From an uncultured bacterium (lineage in GTDB: Bacteria > Verrucomicrobiota > Kiritimatiellia > RFP12 > UBA1067): a stretch of 64,000 nt of DNA. The notes beneath the pieces were generated by a model. It saw nothing but the letters and a program-made list of their open reading frames with translations. It was not told the origin of the DNA and searched no databases. The stretch covers positions 10,411 to 74,410 of the forward strand of contig CACYQU010000001.1 of the NCBI GenBank assembly GCA_902776615.1, in the 5' to 3' direction. Of the stretch, positions 45,026 to 53,024 are shown one piece after another. Both the position numbers and the translations under genes were made by a program. How positions within the stretch are numbered: position 1 is the first letter of the stretch; every line of letters begins with the position of its first letter.

Positions 45026-47413
45026 GTGTTTCCCGCAGAGGAGAGAATCGCCGACATCCGCCGCGCACTTGCGCGGAACAGGTGTCTCGTTCTGACCGCG
45101 CCGCCGGGAAGCGGCAAAACCACGTGCATTCCGCCGGCGCTTCTTGACGAGCCCTGGCTTGAAGGCCGCAAAATCGTGATGCTCGAACCGCGCCGCCTCG
45201 CCGCGCGTTCGTGCGCCGGCTACATCGCCTCGCGTCTTGGAGAGCCTGTCGGCGCAACTGTCGGCTATCAAGTGCGTCTGGAGCGCAAGATAGGCCCTGC
45301 GACGCGTCTCGAGATTGTGACAGAAGGGCTTTTGTCTCAAAGGCTTCTTGCCGACCCGGAGCTTTCGGGCGTGGGTTTGCTGATTTTCGACGAGTTTCAC
45401 GAACGCTCGCTGGCGTGCGACCTGTCCTTCGCGCTCGCACTTGAGGCGAGAAGGGCGCTTCGCCCCGATTTGCGCATCCTTGTCATGTCCGCCACGCTAG
45501 ACGCGGACGAGGTCGCCGCGCACATTGGCGACGCCGATGTCGTCCGTGCGGAAGGTCGCATGTTCCCCGTAGAGACGCGCTACATTGGCGATGTGCCGAT
45601 GTCAGCTGCCGTGTCTCGCGCCGTGAAGGAGACTTCCGGCGATATGCTTTGCTTCCTGCCTGGCGAAGGCGAAATACGGCGTGCGGCCGAGACCATCGCT
45701 CCCGCGCACCCCGAGCTTGCCGTGCTGCCGCTTTACGGGGCAATGCCTAAAGATGCGCAGGACGCCGTCTTCGCGCCCTGCGAAAAGCGCAAGGTGATAC
45801 TTGCCACCTCGATAGCCGAGACTTCGCTCACAATCCCAGGCATAACATGCGTCATAGATTCCGGATTGATGCGAATTCCGCGCTTCTCGCCAGCGACAGG
45901 CATGAGCGGTCTTGTAACGCTTCCTCTTGCGCGAGATCGCGCCGAGCAGCGAAAAGGTCGTGCCGGTCGCATCACGTCCGGCGTGTGCTACAGGCTATGG
46001 ACGGAAGGCGCCGACGCGCAGCGTCCCCCGCGGATGATGCCCGAGATTCTCGACGCCGATCTGGCGTCGCTTGTGATGACCAGCGCCGCGTGGGGTGCGG
46101 TGAGACGCTGCGACCTGCCGTGGATGACGCCTCCGCCGGACAGTTCATGGAATCAGGCCGTCAGTCTTCTAAAAGCGCTCGGCGCCCTTGATTCTTCAGG
46201 GCGACTTACGCCGAAAGGCGAAGCCATGGCGAAACTTCCAATGCATCCGCGCCTTGCGAACATGATGCTCGGCTGTGGCGGGGACGATGACGCGGCGTGC
46301 CTGGCGGCGATTGTCGAAGAGGGCGGACAGGGCCGTGAAACCGACATACGCAAAGTAATGGACGAGGTGAGAGAAACACCGAACAGGCCTTTCTCGAAGC
46401 GGATATTGACGCTGGCGAAAAGATTCGCGCCCCCGAAAACCCGTCCGCAGGTACGCGACAGGCTTTCGGAAGGCGCGCTTCTTGCGTTGGCATATCCAGA
46501 CCGCATTGCAAAGAATAGAGGAAACGGGACCTTTCGAATGGTCTCCGGCCGCGGTGCCGCGCTGGACCGCACAGACGCGCTCTCAAAATCGCCGTATATC
46601 GTTTGCTGCGAACTGGACGATCGCTTGGGCGATGCGAAGGTCTTTCTGGCTTGCCCGATAGAAGAGGTCGAGATAGAGAGCCTCTTCGCGGAAAAGATGG
46701 TCGAGGAACCGCTTTGCGAGTGGGATCGTCAAAACGAACGGGTGAAGAGCGTTGTTCGGCGCAAGCTTGGCGAGATGACAATTGGCGAGGCGCCGTCCGC
46801 TACGCAGGGCGACAATGAACACATAGCGCAGGCGATGCTCGCCGGCGTGCGACAGAAGGGGGTCGCGAATCTGCCGTGCTGGACAAAGGAGTCGCTTCAG
46901 ATGAAGTCCAGAATTGACTTTCTGGCAAAAACCCTCGGCTGGCCGCAAGCAACGGACGAAAGCGTGATCAAGGCGCTTTCCGGATTCGTGGACGGAATGA
47001 CGAAATGGCGCGATCTTGAACGTATCGACATGTCGCGCGTTATGGATGTCGTTCTCGCCGCGGCTGGACACGACCGCCGCGAGCTGGACCGCCTCGCGCC
47101 GACGCGTATGGAGGTGCCCAGCGGCAGCCACATGCCGATACGCTACGAGGGTGACGAGCCTACCGTGGAAGTGCGGCTTCAGGAATGCTTCGGTCTCATG
47201 GAGACGCCGAAGGTCGCCGGCGGAATTGCGCCTGTGGTGATGACTCTTCTTTCTCCTGCGCAAAGGCCTGTGCAGGTGACGAAAGATTTGGCCGGATTCT
47301 GGCGCGAAGGCTATCAGCTCGTCCGCAAGGACATGCGAGGCCGCTATCCGAAGCACTACTGGCCGGAAGATCCGTTCACAGCCGTCGCCACGCGGCGCGT
47401 CCGCCCGAAATGA
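45026..47413 (+). CDS. hrpB: ATP-dependent RNA helicase HrpB (DEAH-box)
   Basis: Motifs APPGSGKTT and DEFHERS are present, along with the HA2/OB and HrpB C-terminal region. There is no in-frame ATG near the N-terminus, so I propose GTG 45026. Confidence 0.85.
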   Translation: MFPAEERIADIRRALARNRCLVLTAPPGSGKTTCIPPALLDEPWLEGRKIVMLEPRRLAARSCAGYIASRLGEPVGATVGYQVRLERKIGPATRLEIVTEGLLSQRLLADPELSGVGLLIFDEFHERSLACDLSFALALEARRALRPDLRILVMSATLDADEVAAHIGDADVVRAEGRMFPVETRYIGDVPMSAAVSRAVKETSGDMLCFLPGEGEIRRAAETIAPAHPELAVLPLYGAMPKDAQDAVFAPCEKRKVILATSIAETSLTIPGITCVIDSGLMRIPRFSPATGMSGLVTLPLARDRAEQRKGRAGRITSGVCYRLWTEGADAQRPPRMMPEILDADLASLVMTSAAWGAVRRCDLPWMTPPPDSSWNQAVSLLKALGALDSSGRLTPKGEAMAKLPMHPRLANMMLGCGGDDDAACLAAIVEEGGQGRETDIRKVMDEVRETPNRPFSKRILTLAKRFAPPKTRPQVRDRLSEGALLALAYPDRIAKNRGNGTFRMVSGRGAALDRTDALSKSPYIVCCELDDRLGDAKVFLACPIEEVEIESLFAEKMVEEPLCEWDRQNERVKSVVRRKLGEMTIGEAPSATQGDNEHIAQAMLAGVRQKGVANLPCWTKESLQMKSRIDFLAKTLGWPQATDESVIKALSGFVDGMTKWRDLERIDMSRVMDVVLAAAGHDRRELDRLAPTRMEVPSGSHMPIRYEGDEPTVEVRLQECFGLMETPKVAGGIAPVVMTLLSPAQRPVQVTKDLAGFWREGYQLVRKDMRGRYPKHYWPEDPFTAVATRRVRPK

Positions 47414-47436
47414 ACGGCATTGGACGCTGCAGATTT

Positions 47437-47445
47437 TGGTATAAT
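47437..47445 (+). promoter_or_regulatory. Extended -10 promoter element TGGTATAAT (pgpA, leaderless geometry)
   Basis: The last T is 10 nt before ATG 47455, and there is no SD. Confidence 0.6.
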
Positions 47446-47454
47446 GTGAGCACT

Positions 47455-47955
47455 ATGACCAGAAGATTTCTTTCAAGACTCGCATTGCTTCTTGCAACCG
47501 GCTTTGGAATAAGCCTCTTCGTGCCGTTCGCGCCAGGTACTTTCGGTTCTCTGCCAGGCGTTGCGCTTGCTTATGCAATGGCTTGTCTTCCGGCTTGGGT
47601 GCAGATTCCGCTGTGCCTCGCGTTGACCCTGCTCGCGGTTCCTGTTTGCGGCGCGGCTGAACGTCAGCTCGGCATACGAGACGACGGACGCATCTCTGCT
47701 GACGAGTGGATGCTTTTCCCGATAGCAACCGTCGCCCTGCCTCTGCACACATTGCCATGGTGGTCAATGGCGGTCTTTTTCGCAATCGTGCGCATTTTCG
47801 ACATAATCAAGCCGCCGCCCGCAAAGGGATTGCAACGGCTACCCGGCGGACGCGGTATCGTAGTGGACGATCTGGTCGCCAATCTCTACGCGCTTGGTGC
47901 GAACTGGCTGGTATTTGCGACAGTCATGTCTTGCCGCTCCTTGCTCACAGGGTGA
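47455..47955 (+). CDS. pgpA: Phosphatidylglycerophosphatase A
   Basis: Motifs PFAPGTFGSLPG and FDIIKPPP are present, and GIVVDDLVAN is typical of PgpA. Confidence 0.85.
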   Translation: MTRRFLSRLALLLATGFGISLFVPFAPGTFGSLPGVALAYAMACLPAWVQIPLCLALTLLAVPVCGAAERQLGIRDDGRISADEWMLFPIATVALPLHTLPWWSMAVFFAIVRIFDIIKPPPAKGLQRLPGGRGIVVDDLVANLYALGANWLVFATVMSCRSLLTG

Positions 47956-48048
47956 GCCGAGATAGGGAGAAAGTAGCGCGCCTCTTCCGTTGCAAAGACC
48001 GACTGCCGGTATTTCGGGAAGGTGGGCCTGCATGCTAAAGGAGAACCT

Positions 48049-49920
48049 ATGAAAATACCAATGAAGATGAAATTAGCGACGGGTGTCGCTGCTCTTGTTC
48101 TTGCAGCGTCCGTGTTCGCGGGAAACGACTTGGCGGAAACGTTCGAGTGCAAGCTGGAAATATGCTGGCATCTGAGGGACGGCACTGCGGAGACCGAATT
48201 CCGGACAATGGAAGAACACGACGGCGTCGCTGTGTTTTCGCTCGCTCGGGAAGAGATTGTTTCAAGGAATGCGGTTTCGGTGGAAATCACTCCTGATTTT
48301 GCGAGGGCGAAAAAGGGTGACAAGGGCTTTTGGGCTGTGTCCAGCGGTGAGACCGGAACATACAGGTGCGATGACGGGACGCTGAACTGCAACCGCTGGC
48401 AGCTTATGAGCTTCTACGGGATGCAAACGCCGGAGAGGACTTTTGTCGCAATCGTCCGCAAGCTCAAGTACTATTTCACGACGCGTGTCGTCGCCGAAAA
48501 GGGCGAGTATCGCATGAGCTGCGTACTCGAGAACGAGCTTGCAAGCCATCCATACGAAGATTTTGAAATCGAGTTTCGTCGTCTTGAGGGAGGGGACGCT
48601 ACGCTTGCGGGCATCGCGCGTGCATACAGGCGGTATCAGCTGGACCGCGGCGTGGTCAAACCGCTGGCGGAGCGGGTCAGGGACAATCCGGTTCTGAAGT
48701 ATGCGATGGAGGCTCCTGAAGTGCGTGTCCGCCAGGCGTGGAAGCCTGTTCCGTCACCATTTCCCTACCACACGCCTGAGAACGAACCTGCGGTGAAGCC
48801 GGTCGTGTCGTTCGACAGGGTTGCGGACATCGCCCGAGAGTTCAAGCGTCAGGGCGTGGACAAGGCTGAATTCTGTCTCGTCGGGTGGCAGGTCGGCGGA
48901 CATGACGGACGCTGGCCGCAGGTGTTTCCCGTGGAGCCGACGCTCGGCGGCGAGGAGCGGCTTCGCGAATGCATCCGCGTGGTAAAGGACTTGGGCTATC
49001 TCATTGTGCCGCACGGCAATTACCTTGACGCATATGTCATCGCCGAATCCTGGGACGAGGAATGGCTGGCGAAGGGTTTGTCCGGGAAGCCCGAGGGGAC
49101 GAGCGGCGTATGGGGCGGCGGGCAAAGCCATCGCGTCTGCGCCCGCCGCGCTTACGAGCGCTTCATGTCGCGCGAAATGCGCCGCATGGCTGCGCTCGGA
49201 TTCAAGGGACTTGGGTATTTCGACGTTGCGTCGATCGTCCCGGCCGATCTCTGTACGGATGCACGTCATCCGTTGAGCCGTGCGGAGAGCGCCATGTGGT
49301 GGGGGCGCAGCGCGGCGCTGTCGAAGGAGTGTTTCGGCGGCTATGCGAGCGAGGGTGCTTTCGACCACTTTGCGGATTCCCTGGACTACGGACTCTATGT
49401 CTCGTTCAACGATCCAAAGGCATATCCAAATGGGCTTGTCGACAGGATGGCTCCGCTGCCGCAGCTTGTCTACAACGGTATATTCGCAAGTAATCCCTTC
49501 ACCCGCACTGTCAACTTTACTGCGCAGGACAGATACTGCCAGCTGAAGCTCATCGAGTTCGGTGGGCGCCCGGCTTTCTACTACCACTCCAAGTTTGTGT
49601 CGAACGGTACGGACTGGATGGGCGACAATGATCTCCATTGTGGAACGGACGACGAGTTGAGGAAGTCCGTTGCGCTCGTCAAGAAAGGCTGGGATGTCTA
49701 TGCGCAACTTGGCCACCTGCAGTTCATGTTCATGGAAGACCATTTTGAGGTGTCGCCCGGCGTATGGAAGACTTCATACTCAAACGGCGAAACGGTTGTT
49801 GTCAACTACGGTGACAGTCCGGCCGTCGTGGATGGAGTCGTAGTGCCGGCAGAAGGATGGAGGCTGATTCATCCCACCATGCCACCTCTGGCGGCTAGAC
49901 CTGCCACCCCTGAGCACTAG
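48049..49920 (+). CDS. Secreted hypothetical protein, possibly a TIM-barrel glycoside-hydrolase-like enzyme
   Basis: An AAAGGAGAA SD and a signal peptide (MKMKLATGVAALVLAASVFA) are present. The function guess rests only on the FCLVGWQVGGHDGRWPQ segment and is weak. Confidence 0.6.
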   Translation: MKIPMKMKLATGVAALVLAASVFAGNDLAETFECKLEICWHLRDGTAETEFRTMEEHDGVAVFSLAREEIVSRNAVSVEITPDFARAKKGDKGFWAVSSGETGTYRCDDGTLNCNRWQLMSFYGMQTPERTFVAIVRKLKYYFTTRVVAEKGEYRMSCVLENELASHPYEDFEIEFRRLEGGDATLAGIARAYRRYQLDRGVVKPLAERVRDNPVLKYAMEAPEVRVRQAWKPVPSPFPYHTPENEPAVKPVVSFDRVADIAREFKRQGVDKAEFCLVGWQVGGHDGRWPQVFPVEPTLGGEERLRECIRVVKDLGYLIVPHGNYLDAYVIAESWDEEWLAKGLSGKPEGTSGVWGGGQSHRVCARRAYERFMSREMRRMAALGFKGLGYFDVASIVPADLCTDARHPLSRAESAMWWGRSAALSKECFGGYASEGAFDHFADSLDYGLYVSFNDPKAYPNGLVDRMAPLPQLVYNGIFASNPFTRTVNFTAQDRYCQLKLIEFGGRPAFYYHSKFVSNGTDWMGDNDLHCGTDDELRKSVALVKKGWDVYAQLGHLQFMFMEDHFEVSPGVWKTSYSNGETVVVNYGDSPAVVDGVVVPAEGWRLIHPTMPPLAARPATPEH

Positions 49921-49961
49921 ACCTGCCACCCCTGGCGGCTTACCCTGCCACACTAGACACC
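49880..49961 (+). repeat. Degenerate 22-nt tandem repeat (TGCCACCYCTGRSSRCTWRMCC) x3.7 spanning the stop codon of the upstream gene
   Basis: Units start at 49880, 49902, 49924 and 49946 (the last is partial). Pairwise identity is 17-18 of 22, counted by hand. Confidence 0.75.
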
Positions 49962-50057
49962 TTTATCTGCCTCGGAGTTCTTGCCTCACGGTGCTGTGTC
50001 CGAAAGTAAACGCGCGTTCCCTCGGGGGTGCAGAGGGCAAACGCATGGGAATCTTGC

Positions 50058-50097
50058 ATTGGCTTCTGGACTTCACAATTGGCTTCTGGACATCACG
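50058..50097 (+). repeat. Two tandem 20-bp direct repeats ATTGGCTTCTGGACWTCACR upstream of the lysS promoter
   Basis: The two copies are 18/20 identical and end 37 nt upstream of the TGGTATAAT at 50134. Confidence 0.75.
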
Positions 50098-50133
50098 TGG
50101 CGAAAACGGGGTGTATCACAATCGCAATTGTTA

Positions 50134-50142
50134 TGGTATAAT
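50134..50142 (+). promoter_or_regulatory. Extended -10 promoter element TGGTATAAT (lysS)
   Basis: Exact match 52 nt upstream of ATG 50194. Confidence 0.6.
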
Positions 50143-50193
50143 ACACAACATCCTTTCGGGCCGAGGAAGGTTCGAAAGCGGCGAAAGGCTTCT

Positions 50194-51642
50194 ATGGAGA
50201 CAAACGAATATCGTGAACAGCGGCTTCAGAGCATGAATGCTCTGAAGGAGATGGGCTATGACCCCTACGGATGCAAGTACGACCACGACGACCTCAAGAA
50301 GGTGCGTGCGGAATTTGAGGAAGGTAAACGCGTGCGCTTGGCCGGACGTCTTTTGATGATCCGGCGCATGGGCAAGATGAACTTCTGCACAATGAACGAC
50401 GGAACGGGGCGCTTTCAGCTCATCTTCAAGCGCGACGAGCTGAGCGAGACCGCTTTCGCGGCTTTCAAGCAGCTCAATCTCGGCGACATCATCGGCGCGG
50501 AGGGAACTCTCTTCACGACGCAGAAGGGCGAAAAGTCGCTGATCGTCAAGGAGTGGACGATGCTTGCGAAGGCTCTTGAACAGCCCCCGGAGAAGTTCCA
50601 CGGCCTCGCCGACCAGGAGGAATGCTACCGCCGACGCTACGTCGATCTCATGACAAACGACGAGTCGCGCGAACGCTTTTTCATGCGCTCGCGCCTCATC
50701 ATGGAAATCCGCAAATACTTGTGGGACAAGGGGTTTGTCGAGGTTGAAACTCCAATTCTCCAGGATCAGGCGGGTGGCGCGGCCGCGAAGCCGTTCTTCT
50801 CCCACTTCAACGCGCTCGACAAGGATTGCGTTATGCGCATCGCCCCGGAGCTCTACCTCAAGCGTCTTCTCGTCGGCGGCATGAACAAGGTTTTCGAGCT
50901 CGGCAAGGACTTCCGCAACGAGGGTATCGACCGCACCCACAATCCTGAATTCACCGTTTGCGAGATATACGAGGCATACGGCGACCGCACGTCTATGGAG
51001 GCGATAATGGAAGGTCTCCTGCCGCATCTGTGCGACAAGGTCGTCGGCAAGCGCGTGATAGAATACGGCGAGAACAATACGCCCATCGATTTCACTCCGC
51101 CATATCGCCGCGTCGCCTACAAGGATCTTGTCAAGGATCTTATGGGCGACGACTGGTTCGAACTCGATTTCCAGACTCAGCTCGAAAAGGCAAAAGCCAA
51201 AGGCCGCGAGACGAACACCAATCTCGAGCTGGACGGCGTGACGCGCGAACTCGAGCTTACCCATGAGGTCTACGACAAGCTCATCGAGAAGAACCTGATG
51301 CAGCCGACGTTCGTCACGCGCATCCCACACGAGTTCGTTCCGCTTGCCAAGGCTTGCAAGGACGATCCCAGCCTCGTCGACGTTTTCGAGTTCGTCGTGG
51401 CCGGGCGCGAGCTCTGTCCGGGCTACACCGAGCAGAACGATCCGCTCGAACAGCGCAAGGCGCTTGAGAACCAGGCTGGTGAAGACACCGAGAAGATCGA
51501 CGAAGATTTCATCAGTGCACTGGAGTGCGGCATGCCGCCGACAGGCGGTCTCGGATTTGGCGTGGACCGTCTCGTCATGTTCCTGACTGGCACCGACTCG
51601 ATTCGCGACGTCGTGCTTTTCCCGCAGCTGAAGCGCACCTGA
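50194..51642 (+). CDS. lysS: Lysine--tRNA ligase (class II)
   Basis: It has an OB-fold N-terminal domain (RLAGRLLMIRRMGKMNF) and class II motifs (FRNEGID...; GGLGFGVDRLVM). Confidence 0.92.
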   Translation: METNEYREQRLQSMNALKEMGYDPYGCKYDHDDLKKVRAEFEEGKRVRLAGRLLMIRRMGKMNFCTMNDGTGRFQLIFKRDELSETAFAAFKQLNLGDIIGAEGTLFTTQKGEKSLIVKEWTMLAKALEQPPEKFHGLADQEECYRRRYVDLMTNDESRERFFMRSRLIMEIRKYLWDKGFVEVETPILQDQAGGAAAKPFFSHFNALDKDCVMRIAPELYLKRLLVGGMNKVFELGKDFRNEGIDRTHNPEFTVCEIYEAYGDRTSMEAIMEGLLPHLCDKVVGKRVIEYGENNTPIDFTPPYRRVAYKDLVKDLMGDDWFELDFQTQLEKAKAKGRETNTNLELDGVTRELELTHEVYDKLIEKNLMQPTFVTRIPHEFVPLAKACKDDPSLVDVFEFVVAGRELCPGYTEQNDPLEQRKALENQAGEDTEKIDEDFISALECGMPPTGGLGFGVDRLVMFLTGTDSIRDVVLFPQLKRT

Positions 51643-51660
51643 TCAACAGTGGAGGTCGCC

Positions 51661-53019
51661 ATGGAAGAGAGTGTGCAGAGCGAGTATTTCGAACTCCTCA
51701 AGTTCAAGAGCGTCGGAGCCGATCCAGAGTGCTTTCGCGATTGCGTCGACTGCGCTTCGTGGCTTCGGCGGTGGCTTGGCAAACTTGGCTTCGAGGGCGA
51801 AATGCTATATCAGGAAGTGTCCGCCGCAAATGGTGGGCGCATGCCGCCGCCAATACTCTTTGCGGAGCGCAAGGGCGACGAAGGCGCACCGACTCTTCTT
51901 GTATACGGACATTACGACGTCCAGCCTGCCGATCCGGTTTCCGAGTGGAAGACGCCGCCTTTCGAGCCGACAGTCGACAACGGCAGGATTTACTGCCGTG
52001 GTGCGCAAGACGACAAGGGGCAGTTCTTCGCTTTTCTGTGCGGCGTAAGGGACTACTTGGCAGGAGATGGGCCGAGACCCACGCTCAAGGTTGTTCTTGA
52101 GGGGCAGGAGGAAAGCGGCAGCACTGCGCTTGAGCAGATGGCGCCATCGTTGAGGCGGCGTCTCGCGGCGGACGTTCTGCTTGTGTGCGATACTGGCGCG
52201 GCGTCGGGCCTTCGGCCTGCGATTATCGCCGGGCTGCGCGGTGTTTCGCATTTCACAATCAGGCTTTCGGGACCAAATCGCGACCTGCATTCCGGCGAAT
52301 ACGGCGGCATCGCGCCGAACGCGGCGCAAGCCATGGCCGAACTTGTGTCGTCGCTTCATCTTCGCGACGGATCGGTTGCGGTTGCAGGCTTCAAGGATGG
52401 AATCGAGCCACCTGTGCACGACGAGCTAAAGGCGGCAGAAGTATCAGCCCCAACCAAAGAAGAGCTCGAAAAAGACATCGGATGCGAAAGCGCCGGCGGA
52501 CAGCTCGGCAAGACGATTGTGCAGCGCCTTTGCTTCGAACCGACCATCGAGGTCAACGGAATCCATTCCGGATACGGCGGGCCTGGAGCGAAAACGGTAA
52601 TACCGTGCGAAGCGGTTGCAAAAATATCAATGCGCCTTGTTCCCGGTCAGACGCCACGCTCGGCGTTCGAGGCTGTGAGACGCCATCTTGAGGATAACGT
52701 GCCGCGAGGCATGAAGCTTTCGATAGAGGACTACAATCCCGGCGCAAGCGGCTTTAGGCTTCCTCTCGCATCGCCGCTTTTCAGACTGGCGGAGCATGTT
52801 CTCGGCGAAATGGATGAACGTGGCCCCGTCTTCGTGTGGGACGGTGCGTCCATACCGGTGATTTCCGCCATACGCGAAGCTTCTGGCGCGGCACCTCTGA
52901 TAGTCGGCTGGGGGCAGAGCGAAGACCGCATCCACTCGCCGAACGAAAGCTATTCGTTCGTGCAGTTTGAAAAGGCCCGCGACTGGGCCAGGCGCATCAT
53001 CTCGGCACTCGTCGGCTGA
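51661..53019 (+). CDS. M20 family metallopeptidase (dipeptidase/ArgE-DapE-like)
   Basis: Motifs GHYDVQPAD, GAQDDKGQ and EGQEESGS are present. A GGAGG SD precedes ATG 51661. Confidence 0.82.
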   Translation: MEESVQSEYFELLKFKSVGADPECFRDCVDCASWLRRWLGKLGFEGEMLYQEVSAANGGRMPPPILFAERKGDEGAPTLLVYGHYDVQPADPVSEWKTPPFEPTVDNGRIYCRGAQDDKGQFFAFLCGVRDYLAGDGPRPTLKVVLEGQEESGSTALEQMAPSLRRRLAADVLLVCDTGAASGLRPAIIAGLRGVSHFTIRLSGPNRDLHSGEYGGIAPNAAQAMAELVSSLHLRDGSVAVAGFKDGIEPPVHDELKAAEVSAPTKEELEKDIGCESAGGQLGKTIVQRLCFEPTIEVNGIHSGYGGPGAKTVIPCEAVAKISMRLVPGQTPRSAFEAVRRHLEDNVPRGMKLSIEDYNPGASGFRLPLASPLFRLAEHVLGEMDERGPVFVWDGASIPVISAIREASGAAPLIVGWGQSEDRIHSPNESYSFVQFEKARDWARRIISALVG

Positions 53020-53024
53020 AGCCG

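Noticed and set aside
49921-50193. T-box or other riboswitch leader upstream of lysS, FMN riboswitch upstream of ribD, and preQ1 riboswitch upstream of queD
   Set aside because: The lysS -10 lies only ~50 nt from the ATG, and I saw no T-box-like conserved sequence. ribD overlaps nusB, and queD starts 5 nt after potC, so there is no room for a leader.
50131-51330. 399-aa minus-strand ORF
   Set aside because: It is antisense to lysS.
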